This document shows positions 18,806 to 29,263 of a stretch of 64,000 nucleotides of DNA, piece after piece (the stretch's first letter is position 1; every line of letters starts with the position of its first letter). The stretch is from an uncultured Chloroflexia bacterium. GTDB lineage: Bacteria > Chloroflexota > Limnocylindria > Limnocylindrales > CSP1-4. The translations under genes were made by a program, and so were the position numbers. Location: positions 718,304 to 782,303 of the forward strand of contig CAWAMB010000004.1 in NCBI GenBank assembly GCA_963783055.1, read 5' to 3'. The notes beneath the pieces were generated by a model, which searched no databases, had not been told where the DNA came from, and worked only from the letters and a program-made list of their open reading frames with translations.

Positions 18806-19536
18806 GCTCGGTCCAGGTGATCCTGACCATCGCGAGCGTCACCGCTCGGGCGCTGCTCGGCCGGCGCCGGACGCTGCTGATGCTCCTGCTCGCCGGAGCC
18901 CCGGTCCTCCTCGGGTTCCTCGTCCGTCTCGGCGGCGTCCGGACCAACGCCCTTGTGCCGTCGCTCGACGGCCTCGTGGTGTCGAGCGTCCTGCCGCTCG
19001 TCGCCCTCGTCTTCGGCACGGCGGCGCTGGGCTCCGAGCTCGACGACGGGACGGCCGTCCATGTCCTGACCAAGCCGATCCCGCGCTGGACGATCGTCCT
19101 GCCGAAGGTCGCGATCGCCGGCGGGCTGACCGCGGTCATGCTGTTCCCCGCGACGATCCTGTGCGGCGTCCTGATCGGCGGGACGGGTGGCCGCCAGCTC
19201 GGGATCACGTTCGCGTTCGCGATCGCCGTCCTCGTCGGGTCCTTCGTCTACAGCGCGATCTTCGTCGCCCTCAGCGCCGCGACCAGTCGCGGGCTGGTCA
19301 TCGGCCTGGCCTATTCGCTCCTCTGGGAGGGGCTCCTGTCGGGCGCGCTCAAGGGCACCCAGCTGTTCAGCGTCCGCGAGTACATCCGCGGCATGGCCGC
19401 CACCCTCGCGCCGCAGGGCACGGTCGAATCGATCGTCGGCGCCAACGGGTTCCTGTTCGCCGCGGTCGCGCTGGTCGTGGTGACGGCGCTCGCTTCGTGG
19501 CGTCTGGCGCGCTATGAGATCCGCGCCGCGGAGTAG
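18802..19536 (+). CDS. ABC-2 type permease
   Basis: About 6 TM helices, ELDDGTAVHVLTKPIPR. Confidence 0.85.
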   Translation: MSSVQVILTIASVTARALLGRRRTLLMLLLAGAPVLLGFLVRLGGVRTNALVPSLDGLVVSSVLPLVALVFGTAALGSELDDGTAVHVLTKPIPRWTIVLPKVAIAGGLTAVMLFPATILCGVLIGGTGGRQLGITFAFAIAVLVGSFVYSAIFVALSAATSRGLVIGLAYSLLWEGLLSGALKGTQLFSVREYIRGMAATLAPQGTVESIVGANGFLFAAVALVVVTALASWRLARYEIRAAE

Positions 19537-19641
19537 CCCCGCCGGCCCTTGCCGAGGACGACCGAACGCCCGCGGGCCAGACCGTCCCAGGACCATCGTG
19601 TCGTTTCCGGCCCCGCGCACCTGCGCGACGATGCGCGGACG

Positions 19642-20211
19642 ATGCCAGTCGACCTGATCGCCTTCACCGCCGATCGCCGGATCCACGGCTCGATCCCGCT
19701 CGCCGACGATCGCCTGAGCGACATGCTCAACTCCGTCCCGCGGGTCGTGATCCGGGGTGCCGTGATCGAAGACCTGGTGTCCGGTCAACCGCCTCAGACC
19801 GCCGACCTGACGCTGGCGGTCGGTTCGATCGTGGCGGTCCTGGTCACGGGGCGCCGGGGGAGCGACGCGCGCCGACGCAAGACCGAGGTCCACCGGGCGA
19901 ACATCGGATTGACCCGGTTCGTCGTGTCCGGCTGGCTGCACCTTCCGACCGGCGCGGCGCAGCATCTTCGCTCAGGCGACCCGTCCCTCATCCTGGCCGG
20001 ACGCGACATCCTCGTGCCCGTGACGGACGCCAGGATCAGCTACGACAAGGCCGACAGTCCGACGAGCGAGGAGTCCGAGACGATCCTCGTGAACCGTGCC
20101 CTCGCCACCTGGATCGACCTGGATGAAGCGGCCGGTGGCGACGACGGCAGCCCCGTCGTCGAGAAGGTCTACCACGCGGCGATGGTCAAGGACTTCACCC
20201 GCGCGACCTGA
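19642..20211 (+). CDS. Hypothetical protein with two similar beta-rich halves
   Basis: ORF with coding bias; IHGSIPL...RLSDMLN and VSGWLHLP...ILVNR halves. Confidence 0.6.
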   Translation: MPVDLIAFTADRRIHGSIPLADDRLSDMLNSVPRVVIRGAVIEDLVSGQPPQTADLTLAVGSIVAVLVTGRRGSDARRRKTEVHRANIGLTRFVVSGWLHLPTGAAQHLRSGDPSLILAGRDILVPVTDARISYDKADSPTSEESETILVNRALATWIDLDEAAGGDDGSPVVEKVYHAAMVKDFTRAT

Positions 20212-20246
20212 GGTGGGGCACCCGGGCGCGGCCGCTTGTCGGCCCG

Positions 20247-21026
20247 TCAGTCGCCGCTCGGCACGCCCATGACGCTGAAGCCGCCGTCGACGTAGATCAC
20301 CTCGCCGGTGACCGCCGACGACAGGTCCGACGCGAGGTACAGCGCCGTCTTGCCGACGTCCTCGGGGGTGATGTTCGCCCGGAGCGGCGCGATCTCGACG
20401 AAGCCGCGGTACATGCCCTTGAACCCACCGATCCCCGCCGCCGCGAGCGTCCGGATCGGGCCGGCGCTGATCGCATTGACCCGGATCCCGTCCGGCCCGA
20501 GGTCCGCGGCGAGGTAGCGGACCGACGCTTCGAGCGCGGCCTTCGCGACGCCCATGACGTTGTAGTTCGCGACGACCTTCTCGGCGCCGTAGTAGGTCAG
20601 GGTGAGCACCGACGAGCCGCGCCGGAGCTGGGGGAGGGCGGCCTTGGTGATCGCGACGAGCGAGTAGGCCGAGACATCGTGGGCCAGGGCGAACCCGTCG
20701 CGCGAGGTGTCGATGAACCGGCCGGTCAGGTCCTCGCGTTTGGCGAAGGCGAGGGCGTGGACGAGGATGTCGAGGCCGTCGTGGGTCTCGGCCCAGCGGG
20801 CGAACACGCGCTCGATGTCGGCGTCGACCTGGACGTCGCATGGCTCGACGAAGGTCGACCCGATCGAATCCGCCAGCGGCTTGACCCGCTTCTCGATCAG
20901 CGACTCGATCGACGAGAAGCCGACCTCGGCGCCCGCGTCGTGGAGCGCCTGGGCGATCCCCCACGCGATCGAGTGGTCGTTGGCGACGCCGAAGATGAGC
21001 GCCGTCTTCCCGTCGAGGAGTCCCAT
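20247..21026 (-). CDS. fabI: Enoyl-ACP reductase
   Basis: GVANDHSIAWGIA, YNVMGVAKAALEA, AISAGPIRTLAA, TGEVIYVDGG. Confidence 0.96.
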   Translation of the reverse strand: MGLLDGKTALIFGVANDHSIAWGIAQALHDAGAEVGFSSIESLIEKRVKPLADSIGSTFVEPCDVQVDADIERVFARWAETHDGLDILVHALAFAKREDLTGRFIDTSRDGFALAHDVSAYSLVAITKAALPQLRRGSSVLTLTYYGAEKVVANYNVMGVAKAALEASVRYLAADLGPDGIRVNAISAGPIRTLAAAGIGGFKGMYRGFVEIAPLRANITPEDVGKTALYLASDLSSAVTGEVIYVDGGFSVMGVPSGD

Positions 21027-21161
21027 GCCTGCCCTCCGCTGGCCGCGCCGATCGTCGCGACGTCTCCCGGAGGATACGCGGCGGTCAGGTCAGAGCGGGT
21101 GCCCGCGCGATCGGACGGTCGTCCTGAGACGGCCGCCCGAGCGAAACCGGCGCCCAGGCTC

Positions 21162-21315
21162 GTGCACGCCCCACGTGCACGGACGACGAGTTGGACACCG
21201 CGAGCGGCCTGATCTGGACGGGAATCTCGCGGGGCGTGCAGATCATGCGGAATCGATGCCCTGGATCCCGGTTCGGCGGTCGAACGCGTCGCATGTGCAC
21301 GCCCCACGTGCACGG
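21162..21315. repeat. Two identical 21-bp copies of GTGCACGCCCCACGTGCACGG, each a hairpin
   Basis: Copies at 21162-21182 and 21295-21315 in the fabI upstream intergenic region. Confidence 0.75.
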
Positions 21316-21338
21316 CCGCTGCTGCACCGCGGTCGCGC

Positions 21339-22955
21339 CTACTGCGGCTGGGTCACCCGGATGTCGTCGAGGGCGGCCTCGACGATCCCGTTCGTTCCCG
21401 CATCGGTCGCCGAGAACCGGACTCGGATCGTCTTGCCGGCGAACGCCGACAGATCGACCGATGCCAGCTTCCAGCTCGCGTTTCGCTGGATCGCCTGGCC
21501 GTGGACGACGAACACGCTCGAGGCGGTCGCCGCGCCGACGTCGAGCACCTCCACCCGAAGCTCGTCGGCGCCCGTTGCGGTCGTGTCGTGGGCGAAGGTG
21601 TAGCGGAACTGGAGCTTCTGGCCGGCGTCCGCAGGCAGGTCGATCGACGGCGACGTCACCGAGGTCCGGCCGCCGTCGAGGTCGTTGGCCGAGGCGGATG
21701 ACCCGGCTGCGGTCCCGGTCACGAAGCCGTACCGGCCGGATGTGACACCGCTCGCCTGCTTTCGCCCGGCCGAGGTCGCGGTCGGCTGGGGCGCGCCGCG
21801 CCACCAGGCGCCGGCCGTCGCGGTGTCGGTCCCGTCCGCGTCGACCGTCCAGCCGCGGCGGACCTCGAGGTCGTCGTCGAACGCGCCGCAGCGCGCGATC
21901 CGCGTCGCCGTGCCGAGGACCGCCAGGGGGCACGCCGCCCGCTCGATCAGGTACAGGACCGCCTCGCGATTGCGACCGGTCTCGGGGTCGATGAGCGAGT
22001 CGTCGGGGTAGTCCACGACCGACATCTCGAACGTGTACGTGAAGATCCGGTACATCCCGTACTCGTAGTCGCGGGTCGTGCCCGACGAGATGTACAGATC
22101 GCTCGCCTGCTCGGGCTTGTAGCCGTTCGTCGATGCCATGTGCTTGCCGATCGCGGCCAGCGCCCGGTGATCGTCGACCGTCATGTCGGACGGCACATCG
22201 GTGAACGTGTAGCCGTACGGCCACATTACGAGGCGGCCGGCCTCGTGGAACGTGATCCCGGTCCGGATCTGCTGCCGGCCGTCCACGACCCGCGACGCGA
22301 GGAAGTCGCGGACGTTGCGCGCCTCGGGCGTGGAGAACGCGAACGGACCGCGATAGGTGATCGCCAGCGGATTCGCCGACGTCCGGCCGCCGCCGCCCCA
22401 CATGTAGCCGTAGTTCCGGTTGATGTCGGTCCCGATCGCGCTCGTCCCGGCGTTCGGCTGGCGGTTCTTGCGCCAATAGTGGAACTTGCCGTTGGCGATG
22501 TCGTACTCGGCCCCGTCGGGGTTGACGGCGAGGATGATCCAGACTTCGCGGCTGTTCACGATGCTTCGGATCCGGCTCCACGTGCCGTACCCGTCGGTCA
22601 GCCAGTGCATGATCTTGATCGTCATCTCGAGGCCCATGTGCTCGTCGGCGTGGGTCAGGCCGTCGAACAGGACCTCGGGCTCGTTCTCGTCGACCGTGAC
22701 GTTGTCGCTGATCTTGACGGCCCAGATCGTGCGGCCCTGGTAGCTCGTGCCGATCGCGACCTTGCGCGCGATCGTCGGGTGGGCGGCGACGACCGCATTC
22801 ACCTCGGCCACCATCTCCGCATACGTGTGGTAGCCGGTCTTCCCGGCCGGAAAGTCGGCCGCGGCGGCGCTCGCCGGAGCGGCGGCCACGAGCGGGAGGA
22901 GGACGGCCAGACCGAGGAGGCCGCCGCCGAGACGAGCGCGCAGGGTTCGGGACAT
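21339..22955 (-). CDS. Secreted M14 zinc carboxypeptidase (carboxypeptidase T-like) with a C-terminal beta-sandwich
   Basis: Signal peptide ending AAA; HADEH, NPDG, WRKNR, GTDINRNY, TFHEAG, TFEM. Confidence 0.9.
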   Translation of the reverse strand: MSRTLRARLGGGLLGLAVLLPLVAAAPASAAAADFPAGKTGYHTYAEMVAEVNAVVAAHPTIARKVAIGTSYQGRTIWAVKISDNVTVDENEPEVLFDGLTHADEHMGLEMTIKIMHWLTDGYGTWSRIRSIVNSREVWIILAVNPDGAEYDIANGKFHYWRKNRQPNAGTSAIGTDINRNYGYMWGGGGRTSANPLAITYRGPFAFSTPEARNVRDFLASRVVDGRQQIRTGITFHEAGRLVMWPYGYTFTDVPSDMTVDDHRALAAIGKHMASTNGYKPEQASDLYISSGTTRDYEYGMYRIFTYTFEMSVVDYPDDSLIDPETGRNREAVLYLIERAACPLAVLGTATRIARCGAFDDDLEVRRGWTVDADGTDTATAGAWWRGAPQPTATSAGRKQASGVTSGRYGFVTGTAAGSSASANDLDGGRTSVTSPSIDLPADAGQKLQFRYTFAHDTTATGADELRVEVLDVGAATASSVFVVHGQAIQRNASWKLASVDLSAFAGKTIRVRFSATDAGTNGIVEAALDDIRVTQPQ

Positions 22956-23104
22956 GCCCTCAGGATGCCCTCCGGGTCCCGGCCGCGGCAACCCACCGAA
23001 CGGTCTGCGCGCGCACCGGACCACCGGCGGTCGCTCGCGGACCGGGCCGCGCTAGACTGCTCGCAACCGTCCCCCGACCTTCCGCTCCTCGAGGTTCCCG
23101 ACCG

Positions 23105-24685
23105 ATGACGACCGAGTCGCAGCCGCGTCTCAAGATCACCTACGCCACCCTCCGCGCCGACAACGAGCAGCTCCACCGCGAGTACGAGGCCGGCCTGGTC
23201 GAGGCCAAGACGCAGCTCGACGGCCACCATCGGAACGTCGTCGACGGCAAGGAGCGAGACGGCCAGGGCGAGTTCACCGTCCACAGCCCGATCGATCGCG
23301 ACATCGTCCTCGGCCACTTCGCGACGGGCACCCGCCAGGACGTGAAGGACGCGATCGCGGCCGCGCGCAAGGCCCAGCCGGCGTGGTTCGCCCTCGGCTG
23401 GGAGAAGCGGATCGAGATCATGAACCGCGCGGCGGAGCTCATCAGCGAGCGCCAGTACGTGTATGGCGGGCTGATGGCGATCGAGGTCGGCAAGACCCGG
23501 ATCGAGGCGCTCGGCGAGGTCGAGGAAGCGGCGGACCTGATCCGCTATTACGCCAAGACGGCCGAGGACAACCAGTTCTACGAGCACCCGATGGACAGCC
23601 TCGGCGACGCGGCGGTCCACACGAAGTCGATCCTCCGGCCGCACGGCGTGTTCGCCGTCATCAGCCCGTTCAACTTCCCGATGGCCCTGTCCTGCGGCCC
23701 GTCGGCCGGCGCGATGCTGGCCGGCAACACCGTCGTGTTCAAGCCGAGCTCGGCGGCCCCGATGTCGGCCGTCAAGCTCCTCGAGGCCTATCGCGACGCG
23801 GGCGTCCCCGACGGCGTGATCAACCTCGTCATGGGCCCGGGCGAGACGGTCGGTGCCGAGCTTCGCGAGAACCCCGACGTCGACGGGATCGTGTTCACCG
23901 GGTCGTACGAGGTCGGGATGGACCTGTTCCGGACGTTCTCGGCCCGCTACCCGAAGCCGACGATCGTCGAGATGGGCGGCAAGAACCCCGCGATCGTGTC
24001 GCGCCATGCCGACCTCGACGAAGCGGCCGAGGGGATCATGCGGTCGGCCTTCGGCTTCGGCGGCCAGAAGTGCTCGGCCAACAGCCGGGTCTACGTCGAG
24101 AAGCCGGTCCACGACGAGCTCATCCGGCTCCTCGTCGAGAAGACCGAGGCGATCACGATCGGCGACCCGCTCCTGCGCGAGAACTGGCTCGGGCCGGTCA
24201 TCGACCAGAAGGCGGTCGACCGTCACCAGGCCGCGACCGGCGACGCGCGCCGTGACGGGCGGGTCTTCACCGGTGGCGAGCCCCTGACGGATCGCGGGAT
24301 GGATCGCGGGTTCTACGTCGAGCCGACGGTCGTCGGCAACCTGCCGAAGGACCACCGCCTGTTCCGGGACGAGCTGTTCGCGCCGTTCACGGCGGTCGCC
24401 GCGGTCGACTCGTTCGACGAGGCGATCCAGCTCGCCAACGAGTCGGTGTACGGGCTGACGGCGGGCGTGTACAGCGAGAACGAGGACGAGGTCCAGCGCT
24501 TCCTCGACACGACCCAGGCCGGCGTGCTCTACGTCAACCGACGGGCCGGCGCGACGACCGGGGCGTGGCCGGGCGTGCAGGCGTTCGGCGGCTGGAAGGG
24601 CTCGGGCTCGACCGGCAAGTCCGGCCTGTCGATGTACTACGTCGCCCAGTTCCTGCGGGAGCAGAGCCACACCGTCGTCGACTGA
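23105..24685 (+). CDS. Aldehyde dehydrogenase (P5C-dehydrogenase-like)
   Basis: ISPFNFP, FTGS, VEMGGKN, FGGQKCSA, ELFAP, FGGWKGSG. Confidence 0.92.
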   Translation: MTTESQPRLKITYATLRADNEQLHREYEAGLVEAKTQLDGHHRNVVDGKERDGQGEFTVHSPIDRDIVLGHFATGTRQDVKDAIAAARKAQPAWFALGWEKRIEIMNRAAELISERQYVYGGLMAIEVGKTRIEALGEVEEAADLIRYYAKTAEDNQFYEHPMDSLGDAAVHTKSILRPHGVFAVISPFNFPMALSCGPSAGAMLAGNTVVFKPSSAAPMSAVKLLEAYRDAGVPDGVINLVMGPGETVGAELRENPDVDGIVFTGSYEVGMDLFRTFSARYPKPTIVEMGGKNPAIVSRHADLDEAAEGIMRSAFGFGGQKCSANSRVYVEKPVHDELIRLLVEKTEAITIGDPLLRENWLGPVIDQKAVDRHQAATGDARRDGRVFTGGEPLTDRGMDRGFYVEPTVVGNLPKDHRLFRDELFAPFTAVAAVDSFDEAIQLANESVYGLTAGVYSENEDEVQRFLDTTQAGVLYVNRRAGATTGAWPGVQAFGGWKGSGSTGKSGLSMYYVAQFLREQSHTVVD

Positions 24686-24756
24686 CGGTCGCGGGCGGCG
24701 CCACGACGGACCGAGTCGTCGCGAGCGTCAGGCACGGGGCCGCCGTCACCTGGCCG

Positions 24757-24782
24757 GGAACCGGGCGCGGAACCGCGGTGTA
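24757..24782 (+). promoter_or_regulatory. ECF sigma promoter motif GGAACC-N14-GGTGTA upstream of the cupredoxin gene
   Basis: Same hexamers and spacing as the sites at 34247-34272 and 35769-35794. Confidence 0.7.
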
Positions 24783-24816
24783 GTCGTGGCACACGACCCA
24801 TCGCGGAGGACGATCC

Positions 24817-25440
24817 ATGCGTGCAATCCGTGTCCTGGCAGCCCTCGGGCTGATCCTCGGTTCGTTCGCCCTCGCGACGCCCGTCGCGGCGGGTGACCCC
24901 TGCTTCCACGACATGCGTCGCCCACCGGTCACGGAGGGCGCGGCGACCGTCGTGAAGATGGACCTGTGCGCGTTCGTTCCGACGATCGTCCATGTCCCGG
25001 TCGGGACGCAGGTTCAGTTCCTGAACACCGATGTGGTCGGCCACGAGGTGGTCGGGGCCAACCTGGTGTGGGGTCAGCACGACAAGATCCTGGACAGCGG
25101 CGACCAGCTCGGGGTGCGGTTCGCGAAGGCCGGGATCCATCCGTATGCCTGCATGATTCATCCAGGGATGACCGGCGCGATCATCGTCGGCGATGCAGCG
25201 GCGGTGGGCGCCGCGCCGGCCGGCGGCACCGTCGATGCCCCTGCCGCGGGAGCGGGCGCCGCCGCTCAGGGGCCGGCCGATCCCGCGCCGGCCGAGCCTG
25301 CCGCGGCTCCCACCGCGTCGGGCGTCTCGTTCTCCGTGCCCGCCGTCCTCGGTCTCGTCGTCGCGGCGCTGGCCGCGGCTCTGGGCGCCTCCCTGGCCAT
25401 CCGTCGCCGCCGATCCAGCACGGTCGGACCGACCGCCTGA
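24817..25440 (+). CDS. Membrane-anchored cupredoxin (plastocyanin/azurin-like)
   Basis: Signal peptide, GHEV...YACMIHPGM type-1 Cu ligands, Ala/Pro linker, C-terminal TM helix followed by RRRR. Confidence 0.85.
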   Translation: MRAIRVLAALGLILGSFALATPVAAGDPCFHDMRRPPVTEGAATVVKMDLCAFVPTIVHVPVGTQVQFLNTDVVGHEVVGANLVWGQHDKILDSGDQLGVRFAKAGIHPYACMIHPGMTGAIIVGDAAAVGAAPAGGTVDAPAAGAGAAAQGPADPAPAEPAAAPTASGVSFSVPAVLGLVVAALAAALGASLAIRRRRSSTVGPTA

Positions 25441-25539
25441 CAGGCCGGCTCCCGATCCGCGCTGGGCCTCTGCTATCCTCGGGCCGAATATCCACTCTGC
25501 ATACTCCGTATGCGTTCGGCTCGACTTCAGAGGTGGCCC

Positions 25540-26913
25540 GTGTCGTCTGTCCAGAACCGTCTCGCCGGTGATCGGCCCGTGCCCGATCTCGTCACCGAGG
25601 TGCCCGGGCCCAAGGCCCGCGCCCACGTGGCCTACGACGAGACCTGGACCTCACCGAGCCTGCCGCGGGCCTACCCGATCGTGCCGGTTCGCGGCGAGGG
25701 CCTCACGGTCGAGGACATCGACGGCAACCTGTTCCTCGACTTTGCCGCAGGGATCGCGGTCACGTCGACCGGCCACGCCCACCCCCAGGTCGTGGGGGCG
25801 ATCAAGGAGCAGGCCGGCTCCCTGATCCACTTCAGCGCCAGCGACTTCTACCTGCCGATCTACGCCGAGACCTGTCAGCGGATCGCCGAGCTGACCCCGA
25901 TCGCCGGCGGACGCGCTCGAACGTACCTCGGCAACTCCGGCGCGGAGGTCGTCGAGGCCTCGATCAAGCTCGCCCGCTACGCGACCCATCGGCCGTACGT
26001 CGTCGCCTTCCTCGGCGCGTTCCACGGCCGGACCTACGGCGCCGTCTCGCTGACCGCGTCGAAGGCCAAGTACCACGCCGGCTTCGGACCGCTCCTGCCG
26101 GGCGTATTCCACGCCCCGTTCGGCACGGTCGAGGGCCTCAAATGGTTCGACGAGGTCCTGTTCGACAAGCTCGCCCCGGCCAACGAGATCGCGGCGATCA
26201 TCGTCGAGCCGATCCAGGGTGAGGGCGGCTACATCGTCCCCGAGGACGGCTTCCTCGAGGGCCTGCGCGAGATCTGCGACCGGCACGGGATCCTGCTCAT
26301 CGCCGACGAGATCCAGTCGGGCGCGGGACGAAGCGGCACGATGTGGGCGGTCGACCAGTGGGGCGTCAAGCCGGACATCCTGCTGACCGCCAAGGGGATC
26401 GCGAGCGGCATGCCGCTCGGGGCGATGGTCGCCCGAGCCGATCTCCTCGAGGCGTGGGGTGTCGGGGCGCACGGCTCGACGTACGGCGGCAATCCCGTGG
26501 CCTGCGCGGCGGCCCTGGCCACGCTCGACCTGCTCCAGGGCGGCCTGATCGACAACGCCGCGGCACGCGGCCGCCAGGCCGTCGCCGGCTTGACGCCGCT
26601 TCGCGATCGCTTCCCGTCCCTCGTCCGCGACGTGCGCGGTCGGGGCCTCATGCTCGGCATCGAGTTCGATACCGCCGAGCACGCCGAGGAGGTCCAGTGG
26701 GCCGCCTTCCAGCGCGGCCTGCTCGTGCTCGAATGCGGCAAGTCGGCGGTCCGGATGTCGCCGGCCCTGACGGTCAGCGAGGCCGAGATGACGACCGCGC
26801 TCCGGATCTTCAGCGAGTCGGTTGCGGCCATCGCCGGGGAGCCCTCCGACCAGCCGATCCTGCACGCGGCCGAGGCGGCCCACGCCATGACGGGCATGGA
26901 GTCGTCCGGCTAG
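25540..26913 (+). CDS. Class-III PLP aminotransferase (GabT/ArgD-like)
   Basis: LDFAAGIA, NSGAE, FHGRT, EPIQGEGG, ADEIQSG, AKGIASG, TYGGNP. Confidence 0.92.
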   Translation: MSSVQNRLAGDRPVPDLVTEVPGPKARAHVAYDETWTSPSLPRAYPIVPVRGEGLTVEDIDGNLFLDFAAGIAVTSTGHAHPQVVGAIKEQAGSLIHFSASDFYLPIYAETCQRIAELTPIAGGRARTYLGNSGAEVVEASIKLARYATHRPYVVAFLGAFHGRTYGAVSLTASKAKYHAGFGPLLPGVFHAPFGTVEGLKWFDEVLFDKLAPANEIAAIIVEPIQGEGGYIVPEDGFLEGLREICDRHGILLIADEIQSGAGRSGTMWAVDQWGVKPDILLTAKGIASGMPLGAMVARADLLEAWGVGAHGSTYGGNPVACAAALATLDLLQGGLIDNAAARGRQAVAGLTPLRDRFPSLVRDVRGRGLMLGIEFDTAEHAEEVQWAAFQRGLLVLECGKSAVRMSPALTVSEAEMTTALRIFSESVAAIAGEPSDQPILHAAEAAHAMTGMESSG

Positions 26914-26981
26914 ACCCGCCCGATGCGCAACCGGAAGAGGCCGTCCTTGCGGACGGCCTCTGTGGTTTCTGGGGCCGCTCG

Positions 26982-28166
26982 TCAGGCGGTCGCTTCGCGC
27001 AGGTTCGACGCCCACAGGCGCCGACCGAGCATCGCCAGGCCGAGCAGGATCGCGAGCCCCATGATCGGGCTGCCGATCTGCTTGAGGATCGACGAGTCGA
27101 CGATCAGTCCGATCACGAACACGACCATGCCGCCATTGACGCCGGCGAACACGAGATGGCGCAGCCACTCGGCCTCGGCCGGTCGATCCTCGGTGAGGGC
27201 GAAGACCAGCCCGAAGAGGATGTTCGTGATCACGCCGATGAAGACGCTGTGGTCGAAGGCGATGAGCAGCCCCGCCGGTGGCGGAGCACTGGGATCGCTC
27301 GAGCCGGCGACGGTCGCGATCACGACGATCAGGATCGCCATCGAGAACGGGATCACGAGGGCGGCGAACGCGAGATGGCGGCGGCCGTCGGCGGCCATCC
27401 ACGGCGCTCGCAGGGCGGCCGGCCACAGGCGCTTGATGAAGATCCCGACCGCGACGAGCTGACACAGGATGTTCAGGCCGCCGGCGATCTTCAGGTCGAT
27501 CGAGAACAGCAGCGCCGCCGCGAGGATGACGCCGCCCAGGAACAGGGCGCCGATCTGGACCAATCCGGACGTCGGGACGTTGCGGGTGCCGAGCAGACGC
27601 CATTCGACGAGGCCCATCGCGGCCAGCATCAGATAGCTCGTCGTCATGGTCGCCGCATGGGCGCCGATCCCGTCGCCGGGCAGGATCGACGTGCCGGTCG
27701 CGAACGTGATCTGGAGCACGACCCCGAAGACCGCGCCGTAGGCGAAGGTCGTCAATGCGAGGGCCACCGCGTAGGCCGGGAAGCTGCCGTCGGCCCGGGC
27801 CGCGCGCCAGGCCCACAGGAACACGATCACGATGACGACGAGGAGGGGCGTGCCGGTGACGGCCCGGAGCGTGAGGTTGCCCGAGTAGAACGCCGCCACG
27901 TAGATCGGCACGAAGAGGACCAGCGCCCAGGCGATCGACCGGTCGCCGCTCCGGGTCAGCCACATCGCCGCGGCGATGATCCCGAGCGAGATCCATCCGA
28001 TCGTCCCCGAGTGGACATGCGTCAGCAGCTGATCGCGATTGAACGTGACGAGATCGAGGCCGTTCAGGATGCCGATGACCACGGTGACCACGAAGACGGC
28101 CATCGCCGTCAGGAACAGGGCACGCACGAACTGCGGCCAGCCGGCCGCCGACGCGGGCGAGGACAT
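26982..28166 (-). CDS. Polytopic membrane protein with intramembrane His motifs
   Basis: About 12 hydrophobic segments; THVHSGTIGW, AHAATM, FDHSVFIG. Confidence 0.75.
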   Translation of the reverse strand: MSSPASAAGWPQFVRALFLTAMAVFVVTVVIGILNGLDLVTFNRDQLLTHVHSGTIGWISLGIIAAAMWLTRSGDRSIAWALVLFVPIYVAAFYSGNLTLRAVTGTPLLVVIVIVFLWAWRAARADGSFPAYAVALALTTFAYGAVFGVVLQITFATGTSILPGDGIGAHAATMTTSYLMLAAMGLVEWRLLGTRNVPTSGLVQIGALFLGGVILAAALLFSIDLKIAGGLNILCQLVAVGIFIKRLWPAALRAPWMAADGRRHLAFAALVIPFSMAILIVVIATVAGSSDPSAPPPAGLLIAFDHSVFIGVITNILFGLVFALTEDRPAEAEWLRHLVFAGVNGGMVVFVIGLIVDSSILKQIGSPIMGLAILLGLAMLGRRLWASNLREATA

Positions 28167-28345
28167 CTGGACCTCCCTGAGCGTTCCCTCCACGCCCGTT
28201 CGAGGACCGGGCGGCGTACGCGCTTCAGCGTTGCGCGTGATGCATCGTACAAAGCGGACCGGGGGCGCTGCTCGGTCTCCGGACCGCGCGTCGCCGATAC
28301 TGGAGCCGTGCACCAGCCCTCTCCCGACCCGGACCTGCGCGCTCC

Positions 28346-29263
28346 GTGACGGCCTCGAAGGTCGCCTCGATGGCCGACGCGATCCGCGAGATCGTCCGCG
28401 ACGGCGACACGGTCGCGATCGAGGGGTTCACCCACCTCATCTCCTTCGCGGCCGGCCACGAGATCATCCGCCAGGGCAAACGCGACCTGACCCTGGCCCG
28501 GATGACGCCCGACGTGATCTACGACCAGATGATCGCGGCCGGCGTCGCCCGCAAGCTGGTGTTCTCGTGGCTCGGCAATCCGGGGGTCGGCGGCCTGAAC
28601 GCGATCCGGCGGCGGATCGAGGCGAACCCGCCGGAGCTCGAGATCGAGGAGTACAGCCACTTCGGGATGGTGGCCCGCTATACCGCCGGCGCCGCTCGCC
28701 TGCCGTTCTTCCCGCTCCGCTCGTACTTCGAGACCGACCTGCCCAAGGCGAATCCGCTGATCCGCCAGGTCGAATCGCCGTACGGCGACGGGCCGGTCTA
28801 CGCCGTGCCACCGCTTCGCCCCGACGTCTCGATCGTCCACGCCCAGCGCGCGTCGGCCGGCGGCGACACCCAGGTCTGGGGCCTGCTCGGCTGTCAGAAG
28901 GAGGCGGCGTTCGCGGCCGAGCGGGTGATCGTCGTGGTCGAGGACATCGTCGACGAGGCCGTGATCCGGGCCGACCCGAACCGGACGATCATCCCCGGGC
29001 TGATCGTCGATGCGGTCGTCCACGAGCCGTGGGGCGCCCATCCGTCGTACGTCCAGGGCGCCTACGACCGCGACAATCGCTTCTACCTCGACTGGGACCC
29101 GATCTCGCGCGACGAGGCCGCGACCCAGGCGTGGCTCGCCGAGTGGGTCCACGGCGTGACCGGCCGGGCGGAGTACCTTGCGAAGCTCGGAGCGGAACGG
29201 GTCGCGTCGCTCAAGCCGGGATCGGCGCCGTCCGGCTCCGTCGACTACGGGGACTACCGCTGA
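28346..29263 (+). CDS. Family-I CoA-transferase subunit A (glutaconate/3-oxoadipate type)
   Basis: EGFTHLI, EEYSH, PDVSIVHAQRA, GAHPSY. Confidence 0.9.
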   Translation: MTASKVASMADAIREIVRDGDTVAIEGFTHLISFAAGHEIIRQGKRDLTLARMTPDVIYDQMIAAGVARKLVFSWLGNPGVGGLNAIRRRIEANPPELEIEEYSHFGMVARYTAGAARLPFFPLRSYFETDLPKANPLIRQVESPYGDGPVYAVPPLRPDVSIVHAQRASAGGDTQVWGLLGCQKEAAFAAERVIVVVEDIVDEAVIRADPNRTIIPGLIVDAVVHEPWGAHPSYVQGAYDRDNRFYLDWDPISRDEAATQAWLAEWVHGVTGRAEYLAKLGAERVASLKPGSAPSGSVDYGDYR

